A stretch of DNA of 64,000 nucleotides from an uncultured bacterium (GTDB lineage Bacteria; Planctomycetota; UBA1135; GCA-002686595), in the NCBI GenBank assembly GCA_943787795.1, contig CALSNU010000001.1, positions 896,001 to 960,000 on the forward strand, given 5' to 3'. This document shows, one piece after another, positions 38,101-46,478 of this stretch (position 1 is the first letter of the stretch; the number at the start of each line of letters is the position of its first letter). The position numbers and the translations under genes were made by a program. The notes under the pieces were generated by a model that was not told the origin of the DNA, did no database searches, and saw only the letters and a program-made list of their open reading frames with translations.

Positions 38101-39350
38101 GGTCGGCCGCCCGTTCAGTCCGCGCCGGGGTCACCCTGGTGGAGCTCCTCTTGGCCACCGGGCTCGCGGCCATCGTGGTCACCGCCACGGTCTCCATCGT
38201 GGATACCACGCTCTCCATGTGGACGCGCGGCGAGACGGTGAGGCAAGCCAGGGAGGAGGGGGTCGCGGTGCTCTCGCTCCTGGGGAACGACCTGCGTCAG
38301 CTTCACGGCGGCGAGCAGGGCGACCTGCTGGTGGACTGGGAGGTCTTCGACGTCGAACGCGACGGGGTGGTGGAGCGATACCTCCCGCGGGTCCGCTTCG
38401 TGCGGGACGCCGCGGCGAGTGAAGTGGCGCGCGTCGAGCGCCGTCGGCTCGCCACCGAGGCCCGCGCGGAGCGCGACCGGATCGCCCTGGCGCTGGGTGA
38501 TGACGCGAAGGAGATGGACGAGGCACTCGCCGAATCCGAGCTCCTCAAGGTGGCCGGGGTCAGCGCGGAGGAGGCGTCCTTGGGGCTCCTGGGAGCGCCC
38601 GACCTGCGGGCGTCGCGCCTGGTGGAGGTCCTTTACGCCGTCGTGCCCGAGGGGCGCGAGGGAGACCGCCGCTACACGGGGGTGCTCTACCGCGGCGAGC
38701 GCATCCACACGCCGGACACTCCGCCGGTGTTGCTCTCGGACTCCGCCTTCGATCGGAGCGGGATCCCGGACCTCTCTCTGGCCCGCGAGGTGGCGCGCGG
38801 CGTGCTCTGGATGCGGCCATTGATGGCGACCCAGACCTCCCGGCTAACACCCGGCGAGGACGGCAAGAGCGGCTGGAGCACCGAGCGCAACCCCGCGGGC
38901 GCGGCCACCTCGTGGGACGCGTGGCGCCTTGGGAGGCCGGACCCCGATCTCACGGTCTGGAACGAACCGGCGGCGGGCATGCCCCGCGCGGGCGTCCGTC
39001 CGCTCCTCCCCAGACGTTTTCGAATCGAGCTCGAGATCCAGCGTCCCGGGGACTTCGACAGGGCTCCGCGCCTGCTTGAGTCCGTGGACGAGACCGCCGA
39101 GTTCTTCACCGTCACCAACGGCGACGCCCTGCGACCGGCGGTGGGCGGATACGTGCTCGTGGCGGGAGAGTGGATGGAACTCAAGCGAGTGGTCGGAGAC
39201 CGCGCCGTGGTCCGGCGTGCGGCCCGGGGCACCGCGAGGCGCCGGCTCCCCCTGGAGTCCCGCGTGCTCTTCGGACAGCCGATCGACATGGACCTGCCCA
39301 TCGCGCTCCATGAGGACAACTGGAGGCTCTCGAGCAACCCAGACCGATGA
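38097..39350 (+). CDS. GspJ/PilW-like minor pseudopilin
   Basis: G/VTLVELLLATGL, LGNDLRQL, EVLYAV, LPRRFRIELEI; ATGA coupling. Confidence 0.75.
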   Translation: MRSAARSVRAGVTLVELLLATGLAAIVVTATVSIVDTTLSMWTRGETVRQAREEGVAVLSLLGNDLRQLHGGEQGDLLVDWEVFDVERDGVVERYLPRVRFVRDAAASEVARVERRRLATEARAERDRIALALGDDAKEMDEALAESELLKVAGVSAEEASLGLLGAPDLRASRLVEVLYAVVPEGREGDRRYTGVLYRGERIHTPDTPPVLLSDSAFDRSGIPDLSLAREVARGVLWMRPLMATQTSRLTPGEDGKSGWSTERNPAGAATSWDAWRLGRPDPDLTVWNEPAAGMPRAGVRPLLPRRFRIELEIQRPGDFDRAPRLLESVDETAEFFTVTNGDALRPAVGGYVLVAGEWMELKRVVGDRAVVRRAARGTARRRLPLESRVLFGQPIDMDLPIALHEDNWRLSSNPDR

Positions 39351-39817
39351 AGAGCTCTCCTACGACCCCGCGGACCCCGCGCTCAGGCTTCACCCTGCTC
39401 GAGGTCATCCTCTCCGCCAGCCTCCTCGCGGCCGGGATGTCGATGATCCTTGGCGTCTTCAACTTTGGAGCGGCGGTCGTCCGCAACGCGGAGCTTCGCT
39501 CGCTCTCCGCGTCCTCGGTGGAGGCCCTGATCAACGACCTGGAGGAGAACCTCTTCGAGCTCCGGGCCGACGGCTCGGTGGGCGAGCCCGCGCTGATCGT
39601 GGACCGTCCGGTCCCCGGCCGAACCGGGGTGCGCTACACGGTTGATGCGACGCCGAACACCGCCATGTTGGACGCGCAGGGGTTGCCCCGCGAGTACGTG
39701 GTAGAGATCTCCGTCAGCTGGTCCGCCTCGGGCGTTCGGCGTGCGGCGCGCTGGTCGACGATCATGCTGCGCGAGGTCCCCTTCGGCGCGCGCATGCGCC
39801 GCCGCTTCATCCGCTGA
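39347..39817 (+). CDS. GspI/PilV-like minor pseudopilin
   Basis: G/FTLLEVILS, short, EYVVEISVSW; ATGA coupling. Confidence 0.8.
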   Translation: MKSSPTTPRTPRSGFTLLEVILSASLLAAGMSMILGVFNFGAAVVRNAELRSLSASSVEALINDLEENLFELRADGSVGEPALIVDRPVPGRTGVRYTVDATPNTAMLDAQGLPREYVVEISVSWSASGVRRAARWSTIMLREVPFGARMRRRFIR

Positions 39818-39823
39818 GGGGGA

Positions 39824-39863
39824 CTCAGCCCCGCCCAGCTCAGTCCCGCCCAGCTCAGTCCCG
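39824..39863. repeat. 15-bp tandem repeat x~2.7
   Basis: ctcagccccgcccag ctcagtcccgcccag ctcagtcccg. Confidence 0.7.
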
Positions 39864-39963
39864 TATACCACCCACACGCACGGCAACTTCCCGTACGCCG
39901 AGCCTGACCTACAATGCACCGGCGCCGCTGCGGCGCCTGCACCGAGAGATGAGAGTTAGAAGC

Positions 39964-41595
39964 ATGATGAACGCCAACCGAATCCGCCGGGTCGCCCTCG
40001 TGGCCTGCGTCACCTGCGTCGGGGCCACCGCTCACGTGATGGCAAGCTGGGGCCAGGAGGACGCCTCCGGGGCGCCGTCCCTCCAGGACGAGCTCTTCGC
40101 CATCCCCGCTCCGCCGGCGCCCGAGGATGTGGTCATGCTCAAGCTCCGTGACGGCCGGATCCACTGGGGCGCGATCAGCGACCATGACACCACCGGCTTC
40201 GCCTTCCAACGCCTGGACAACGGCGGGGAGGTGCGCGTGCCCTGGTCCCTGCTTGACCCGCGACAGTCGGATCAGTTCCGCATGGACTTCGGCTACGTGC
40301 AGGTTGAGGCCGAGGAGGTCTACGTCGACGCGGAGCGCTTGCTCCTCGAGGGCGGCGGCACCGTCGAGGGGGTGATCGTCTCGCGGGAAGGAGACGCCTT
40401 CCTCGTCAAGACGGACGGCAACCTCCAGATGGTCCCCAAGCGCAGGGTGCGTGGGATCGAATCGGGGGTGAGGCTCCCCGCGCTCGACGTCTACGGGCGA
40501 GAGGAGCTCTACACTCAGTTCTCATCCGAGGCCGATGAGACCTCGGCGGCCTCCCAGCTGGACCTCGCTCGCCGTTGCGAGGGGATTCTCGACTTCACCA
40601 ACGCCGTCAAGCACTACGAGGCGGCCCTCGAGCTCGGTGTCACCGGCGACGCGTCCGAGGAGGAGGGCTCCGTCGCGGGCGCTGAGACCCCTGACTACGA
40701 CCTGCCCAAGGTCGAGGGAATGCTCGCGAGCGCGCGTATCAAGGCGGACAACCAGGAGCAGATCGAGTACCTGCGGGACGCGGATCGCCTCAGGAAGCGG
40801 AAGCGGTTCGACGACTCCCTCGCGCTGCTGGAGGCCTTCCCGACCAAGTACGCCGGCAGCAGCCTGATCGGCGACGCCCGCAAGCAGCAGGTGAAGCTCC
40901 TGGCCGACCGTGACGAGGCCGCGAAGTCCGTGGTGCGCTCGCGGTGGAAGTACCACACGCGCAAGCTCACGAGGGAGGCCGCCCGAGGCGCCAACTTCGA
41001 GGTGGCCCGGACCTGGGCGACCGAGGAGGCGAGCCAGGCCATCGCGGGCCGCGTGCTGGCAGACGTTCAGGACCGCGTGACCAGCGCGGTGTCGGAGGAC
41101 GACGTGCTCCGCCTCTGGGAGGAGCGGGATCGCGGCCGGTTCGAGTCCTCCACTTATGGGCTTGGGACCTGGCTCCTGGGAGAGGATCGGGCTGGGACCA
41201 ACGGGGATGACCCCGCGGCTGCCGCCAAGAGCGCGGTCTCGGCTGTGGACGAGCAGCGCAAGGCCATTGAGGACCGCATCAAGCGCTACCTGGAGAACCA
41301 GAAGATCTCCCGCCGCAACCAGGCCTCCGATGACGAGGAGGACCTGACGCAGAAGTTCTGGGAGGAGTGGACGGTCAATGGCCGCTCGCTCTGGCTCATG
41401 TCGTACTACCTCGAGGAGTCCGGCGACTTCGAGATTCGCCCGCGGGCGAGCCTGAAGCCCTGCAAGACCTGCGGCGGCCTTGGGGCGCTTCAGCTCCTGG
41501 TCACCGGCGCCGTCCAGGCCGGGGAGACCGCCAGCGTCGCCTCGTGCCCCGTCTGCCGAGGGGTCAAGGTGACCCGCCGCATTTACTTCCGATGA
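39964..41595 (+). CDS. Exported hypothetical protein with small beta-barrel repeats, TPR-like helices and C-terminal CxxCxGxG zinc finger
   Basis: Signal peptide; LKLRDGRIHWG and LLLEGGGTVEG modules; CKTCGGLG...CPVCRGVK. Confidence 0.7.
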   Translation: MMNANRIRRVALVACVTCVGATAHVMASWGQEDASGAPSLQDELFAIPAPPAPEDVVMLKLRDGRIHWGAISDHDTTGFAFQRLDNGGEVRVPWSLLDPRQSDQFRMDFGYVQVEAEEVYVDAERLLLEGGGTVEGVIVSREGDAFLVKTDGNLQMVPKRRVRGIESGVRLPALDVYGREELYTQFSSEADETSAASQLDLARRCEGILDFTNAVKHYEAALELGVTGDASEEEGSVAGAETPDYDLPKVEGMLASARIKADNQEQIEYLRDADRLRKRKRFDDSLALLEAFPTKYAGSSLIGDARKQQVKLLADRDEAAKSVVRSRWKYHTRKLTREAARGANFEVARTWATEEASQAIAGRVLADVQDRVTSAVSEDDVLRLWEERDRGRFESSTYGLGTWLLGEDRAGTNGDDPAAAAKSAVSAVDEQRKAIEDRIKRYLENQKISRRNQASDDEEDLTQKFWEEWTVNGRSLWLMSYYLEESGDFEIRPRASLKPCKTCGGLGALQLLVTGAVQAGETASVASCPVCRGVKVTRRIYFR

Positions 41596-42719
41596 GGCCT
41601 GCCCACGGGCTCTGGAGCACGGCGGCGCTCGCCGGGCTGCTCGCCGTCGCTGGCTGCCAGTCCACCAAGAACCGCGAGGTGCGGCCGGACTCCCGGCCCG
41701 TGCCCGCGGCGCCCGCGGAGGTCGCGGTGAGCCCGGCCGCGGAGCGCGGGGCGGATGGCACAGTGGAGTCCGGCACAGTGGAGTCCGGCACAGTGGCGTC
41801 CGGCACAGTGGCGTCCGGAGTTGGGGCGTCCGGAGCTGGGGCGTCCGCCGCATCGGAAGCCGGCGGCGCGGGCGCTTCCAGTGTGTCCGCGGGAGTACGC
41901 GCCGGCTGGCCCGACGATGTCGATCTAGAGGCCGGCGCTGTCCTGGCCTCGGTGGGGGGGCGAGCGATCCGGGTCGGGGACTTCTTCTCGAACCTCGCGG
42001 TCCGAGAACCAGCGCTCCTGAGGGTGCTGCTGGACGACCTGGTGATCTCACGAATCCTTGTGCTGGAGGCCGGGCGCCTGGGCCTCGAGCCACCTGGCGA
42101 GGAGGTCCAGGCGCTGGCCAAGCAGGGGGTGAGTGAGGTGGGGCAGCAGGCCAGCAAGGCGGGCTACACGAACCCCGACGACTTCATCAGGGCCACGGTC
42201 GGGATCGAGCCAGAGGTCTATCTCCGGCGCCTCACCGAGAACGCGGCCATCGAGTCGCTCGCTCCGCGCTGCGTTCGGGCGTGGCTCCTGGCAAGTGATC
42301 GACGCGATGTGCGAGTGATCGCCGTGGAGGGCCAGTCCGCTCGAGACGAGGTCATGGCCCGCCTGGCCCGTGGAGAGGCCTTCGAGTCCGTGGCGCGGGA
42401 CCTCTCGCTCGATGCCTCCCGGGAAGATGGGGGGCGCTTCTCGCCGCTCGTTCGATCGGAGAGCGTCATGGCGAGGATGGCGTTCGCGACCGAGGTGGGG
42501 TCCTGGACGGGGCCCGTGCGCAGCGGAGGCGGGCTCGTCTTCCTGAAGGTCGAGGCCAAGCCAGCCGTCCTGCAGGGGGCCTGGACTGCGGTGGGGAGCG
42601 CTGTGGAGGCGAGCTTGTCAACCCGGCCCGTGGACCCCATGGAGATCTCACAGTGGAAGGAGGCGATGCTGCGTCGGCACGACGTGGACACCCAGCCCTT
42701 CCTCGACCTGATTCGATGA
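41592..42719 (+). CDS. PpiC-type peptidyl-prolyl isomerase lipoprotein
   Basis: Lipobox LAVAGC; GTVES/GTVAS 15-bp repeats; RLARGEAFESVARDLSLD...DGG...TGPVRS. Confidence 0.82.
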   Translation: MRPAHGLWSTAALAGLLAVAGCQSTKNREVRPDSRPVPAAPAEVAVSPAAERGADGTVESGTVESGTVASGTVASGVGASGAGASAASEAGGAGASSVSAGVRAGWPDDVDLEAGAVLASVGGRAIRVGDFFSNLAVREPALLRVLLDDLVISRILVLEAGRLGLEPPGEEVQALAKQGVSEVGQQASKAGYTNPDDFIRATVGIEPEVYLRRLTENAAIESLAPRCVRAWLLASDRRDVRVIAVEGQSARDEVMARLARGEAFESVARDLSLDASREDGGRFSPLVRSESVMARMAFATEVGSWTGPVRSGGGLVFLKVEAKPAVLQGAWTAVGSAVEASLSTRPVDPMEISQWKEAMLRRHDVDTQPFLDLIR

Positions 42720-42797
42720 GCTTGGCCGGCAGAAGAAGCGCGCGGGCCGGGGGGAAGCGCGCTTGAATTGGGGTCGGCAGATCGCCAATCTCCTGTC

Positions 42798-43661
42798 ATG
42801 GACGACGCGCTGCTTGGAGCGGAACTCGAGGACATCGAAGCGACTGCTGTGATGGAACAACCGGAAGACTCCGTCGGGGAGGCCTCGCCCGCTGGCGGCG
42901 CCGCCCCTGATCCTGCTCCCGCAGACGAGTCCGGGGACGCCCCGCCGCCCGAGGATGCTGGGCACCCCGCGGCGGCAGATTCAGCTGGGTTGGATTCAGC
43001 GGGGTCGGATTCCGCTGGGTCGGATTCAGATGGGGCTGATCCGGCGGCTGCCAGCACCGAAGAGGTCACCCCCGAAGCTCCGAGCGACTCGTCGGAGGCC
43101 GAAGCGGCAGATCGTGGGCCTGGACCTGGTGCGGACCTGACGGATGATCAGCTCGAGGAGCGCACCCTTGCGCTGCTCTTTGCCTCTCCCGACCCGCTCT
43201 CGGTGGGTCGACTCGTGAGCCTCCTTGAGCGGCCGCCGGCCGCGCGGGTCCGGGCAGCCATCGAGGCCATCGGCCACCGGCTCCAGACGGCGGGGCTCCC
43301 GCTCCAGCTGCGGGGGATCCGCGGCGGCTACATGGTGATGACCATCCCCGAGATGGGAGAGGTCGTGGGGCGCCTCGCGCGGGGCCCCGCGATCGAGCGC
43401 ATCAGCCCGGCTGCCCTCGAGACCCTCTCCATCGTCGCGTACCGTCAGCCGGTCACCAAGGCAGAGATCGAGGCGATCCGCGGCGTCCAGGCCGGTCCGA
43501 TCCTGCGATCGCTGGTGGATCGTGGCCTGGCCCGCGTGACCGGGCGAGCCGATGTTCCCGGACATCCTCTCCAGTACGGGACGACCAAGGACTTCCTCGA
43601 CCGATTCGGGCTCATGGGCCTGGATGACCTCCCCAGGGACGCAGAACTGGCCCGGGACTGA
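42798..43661 (+). CDS. scpB: SMC-Scp complex subunit ScpB with acidic disordered N-terminal extension
   Basis: ALLFASPDPLS, SPAALETLSIVAYRQPVTKAEIEAIRGV, GHPLQYGTTKDFLDRFGL. Confidence 0.93.
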   Translation: MDDALLGAELEDIEATAVMEQPEDSVGEASPAGGAAPDPAPADESGDAPPPEDAGHPAAADSAGLDSAGSDSAGSDSDGADPAAASTEEVTPEAPSDSSEAEAADRGPGPGADLTDDQLEERTLALLFASPDPLSVGRLVSLLERPPAARVRAAIEAIGHRLQTAGLPLQLRGIRGGYMVMTIPEMGEVVGRLARGPAIERISPAALETLSIVAYRQPVTKAEIEAIRGVQAGPILRSLVDRGLARVTGRADVPGHPLQYGTTKDFLDRFGLMGLDDLPRDAELARD

Positions 43662-43717
43662 ATCCCGAGCGGCGGAGAACGGGGCTCGGCCGGGCGAGGG
43701 CGCTCGCGCCGTTCGGA

Positions 43718-43935
43718 CAGGAGGGCCCTGTCAGGAGGGTCCTGTCAGGAGGGTCCTGTCGGGAGGGCACCGTCAGGAGAGGACGGCTTGAGGGCACGGC
43801 TTGAGGGCCCCTTCAGGAGGCCCCGGCTGGATGGCCCCTTCAGAGCCCCGGCTGGAGAACCCGGCTGGAGAACCCGGCTGGAGAGCCCCGTATGGAGAGC
43901 CTGTCTGGAGTGCCCCTCGCTGGAAGAGGCCTGGG
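43718..43935. repeat. Compound degenerate 14/13-bp tandem repeats
   Basis: caggagggtcctgt x4-5, then cggcttgagggc x2, then cccggctggagaa x3. Confidence 0.8.
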
Positions 43936-44149
43936 ACGTCTCCGAGGTCTCGCATTCGCCGCCCGGCCCTCGCTCGCCCCCCAAAGGGGTGGTCGACCAT
44001 GAGCCCTGCTCGGTTCCGGCGGTTGCCTCGCTCCATCGGCGCCCCGTACACTCTTGCGCCGACCATTCGTCGAACCCCGCTGCGCGCGGAGCGGATTCCC
44101 CGCTCTCGTGCTCCGAGCGGCCCCGAGGGCCGTCCACCGACTCGATCCC

Positions 44150-46066
44150 ATGTCCCAAACCCCGCAGAAGCCTGGCGCCACGACCCCGAAGCATCACGAG
44201 GATGACCTGATCGTCGTTCCGGAGGGCAAGAGCCGCCTCCGCTACATCGCAACGATCGGTCTCGTCGTCTTCCTGCTGGTCATCTTCGTGGTCGCGGACA
44301 CCTTTCAGTCCGCGCTCTCCGGCGGTGGAGGGGACCAGGATCCGGTCTATCTCACCTGGACCGACCCGATCTCGAAGGCGCCCCGGCAAGTCCTGGGGTC
44401 GGAGTTCAATGCCACCGCTCGTGACCTGGGGATGATGGAGAACTTCGGCTTCTTCAGGCCCTACAGCGCCGCCTTCAGCGACCCGCTGTCGCCGGACCGA
44501 GGCCGCGGGGGGCTCGAAGAGGAGGACGTCGCCTCTTTCTTCGTGTTCGAAGGGATCGCGAACAGCATCGGGATCGAGGTCAGCAACGAGGAGCACAAGG
44601 ACCGGCTTCGGGGTAGCTTCGGCGACGCCGAGGGGCTGAGGAGGGGCGCCACGCTGGCCCGGATGCCTGTGGAGCGGCTGGAACAGATCATCCGCCGCTG
44701 TGAACGGGTCGGGAAGGTTTGCGCCCAGATCCTCCTCTCGGTGGAGGCTCCCGACGCGGCTGCGATCGAGGCTGAGTGGCTCGAGGAGAACCCTCTCTTC
44801 AAGTTCAATGTGGTGACCGTCAAGACCGACCAGTACGTCGATCAGGCTCGCTCCGAGGCCCCGGACGACGAGACCCTCGCGGCCTGGTTCCATGAGCGCC
44901 CTCTGTTCGAGCAGCAGGGTCTCTTCACGGCCCAGACCGTCACGGCGGATGTGGCGTACGTTCCTGTCGGGGAGGGAGCCGCCTACGACGCGGCCGCGCT
45001 CCTCGCGGCGTATCCGGCGCCAGAGGGAACCGATCTCGCCGAGCAGGCGAGCAGCTACTACACCGTCAACCGCGCCACGCGGTTCGCCGTGCCGGCCGAT
45101 CAGCAGTTGGTCGCCACGGTGGGTGAGGACGGGGAGAAGATCATCCCCGAGACCCCGAAGCTGTTCTACGAGCTGGAGGAGGTGCAGGAGCAGGTCGACT
45201 TCGAGGCGCCCATCTACGCCGCGATGCGAGCCTGGCTTACGGACCTTCAGGACCGACGCACCCAGGGCGAAGAGGTGGACTTCGCGGCCGAGGCCGCGAG
45301 CTACGGCCTGACCTTCATGGCCGGCCCCGAGGGAGGTCTTGAACGCTCCGAGCTCGAGGCGCAGGCTCCCTGGGGCACGCCGATGATCGCGGGGATGCTC
45401 ACCTTCGCGCAGGAAGGGGCCTTCCTCCCGTCCGTCATGATCGGCAGCAAGTCCATGGCCATCGCGCTCGCGCGGGCCAAGAAGGATCGGGAAGAGCCCC
45501 CCTTCGCTGACATCCGGGATGAGGTCCTGGAGATGTGGGCGACCAGCCGCTCGGCGGAGATCGCCGTGGAGACCCTCGACGGGGTGCGCCTGGTCCTCGC
45601 GGCCAAGCCCGAGGACATTGAGGCCGCAGACTGGCGGCCCGAGATCGACCTCGCTGAGCTCCAGAAGCTGACCTCCGAGGCCGGCTACTCGGTCATCGAG
45701 CGGGACTGGCTCGGTCAGAACTCCGTCCCCAACGATGACTTCGCCGCAGCGACACCGCTCCAGCGCTTCCTCAGGGGTAACGTCGAGATGCACGCGCTCG
45801 AGGCCGGGCAGGTCGCCCCTGCGGTGTCCAGCCCCACCAGCGACGAGGTCTTCCTCGTGCGCATGGAGGGCAAGAAGAGCCCGCCCATCGAGGACATCGG
45901 GGCCCTGGGGCTGCTCAGGGCGCGAGAGATGGCGAAGAGCGACGCCTTCCAGGCCATGGGCACGAAGATCTTCCTCGGCGATGGCGAGTGGATGACAGAC
46001 ACCGTCCAGGTCCGGTTCCCGGAGCGAGATCGCCGAGAGGCTGCCAAGGAGCAAGGCGGGGAGTAG
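44150..46066 (+). CDS. Membrane-anchored acidic periplasmic protein, possibly SurA/PpiD-like chaperone
   Basis: N-terminal TM, then IGIEVSNEE, PDDETLAAWF, VDFAAEAASYGL, PPFADIRDEV, reminiscent of PpiD architecture. Confidence 0.55.
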   Translation: MSQTPQKPGATTPKHHEDDLIVVPEGKSRLRYIATIGLVVFLLVIFVVADTFQSALSGGGGDQDPVYLTWTDPISKAPRQVLGSEFNATARDLGMMENFGFFRPYSAAFSDPLSPDRGRGGLEEEDVASFFVFEGIANSIGIEVSNEEHKDRLRGSFGDAEGLRRGATLARMPVERLEQIIRRCERVGKVCAQILLSVEAPDAAAIEAEWLEENPLFKFNVVTVKTDQYVDQARSEAPDDETLAAWFHERPLFEQQGLFTAQTVTADVAYVPVGEGAAYDAAALLAAYPAPEGTDLAEQASSYYTVNRATRFAVPADQQLVATVGEDGEKIIPETPKLFYELEEVQEQVDFEAPIYAAMRAWLTDLQDRRTQGEEVDFAAEAASYGLTFMAGPEGGLERSELEAQAPWGTPMIAGMLTFAQEGAFLPSVMIGSKSMAIALARAKKDREEPPFADIRDEVLEMWATSRSAEIAVETLDGVRLVLAAKPEDIEAADWRPEIDLAELQKLTSEAGYSVIERDWLGQNSVPNDDFAAATPLQRFLRGNVEMHALEAGQVAPAVSSPTSDEVFLVRMEGKKSPPIEDIGALGLLRAREMAKSDAFQAMGTKIFLGDGEWMTDTVQVRFPERDRREAAKEQGGE

Positions 46067-46121
46067 CGCCCCTCGCTCGCGTGCCGCGGCGGACGCCGAG
46101 GTGCGACCCTAGGGGAGTCAG

Positions 46122-46151
46122 GGAGGGGGAGCGCTCAGGCGCTCCCCCTCC
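46122..46151. terminator. 13-bp hairpin, probable terminator
   Basis: ggagggggagcgc-tcag-gcgctccccctcc followed by ttcgtt, between convergent genes. Confidence 0.7.
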
Positions 46152-46296
46152 TTCGTTCCACTCGGCCTCCCTCGTTCCACTCGAGGCGTTGGAGCGCTCT
46201 CCCTGCCTCGCGCGCGTCGCCTGCGCACGGCCGAGCCGTCCCCCGTGGAGGCCGAGGCTCGGCTCGCCATCACGCGGGCTCGGCGGCTGGGCATGC

Positions 46297-46367
46297 GGGC
46301 ACGGCTGAGGGGCTCGGCTGAAGGGCTCGGCTGACGGGCTCGGCTGACGGGCACGGCTGACGGGCAC
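46297..46367. repeat. 13-bp tandem repeat x5.5
   Basis: gggc(t/a)cggctga(c/a/g) head-to-tail. Confidence 0.85.
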
Positions 46368-46478
46368 TCTGGCTCAGCGGTCGACAAGACAGGCGCCGGC
46401 ACCGGGGCGGCTGGCGACCGCGCAGGGAGCGGTCGCTCGCCGGCGCAGGCCCCGCGGGCGCTCTCAGGCCCGCGGCGC

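Noticed and set aside
43726..43775. Pho boxes (repeated ctgtca)
   Set aside because: The period is 14 bp, not the 11 bp of PhoB boxes, there is no AT-rich spacer, and it is part of a tandem repeat.
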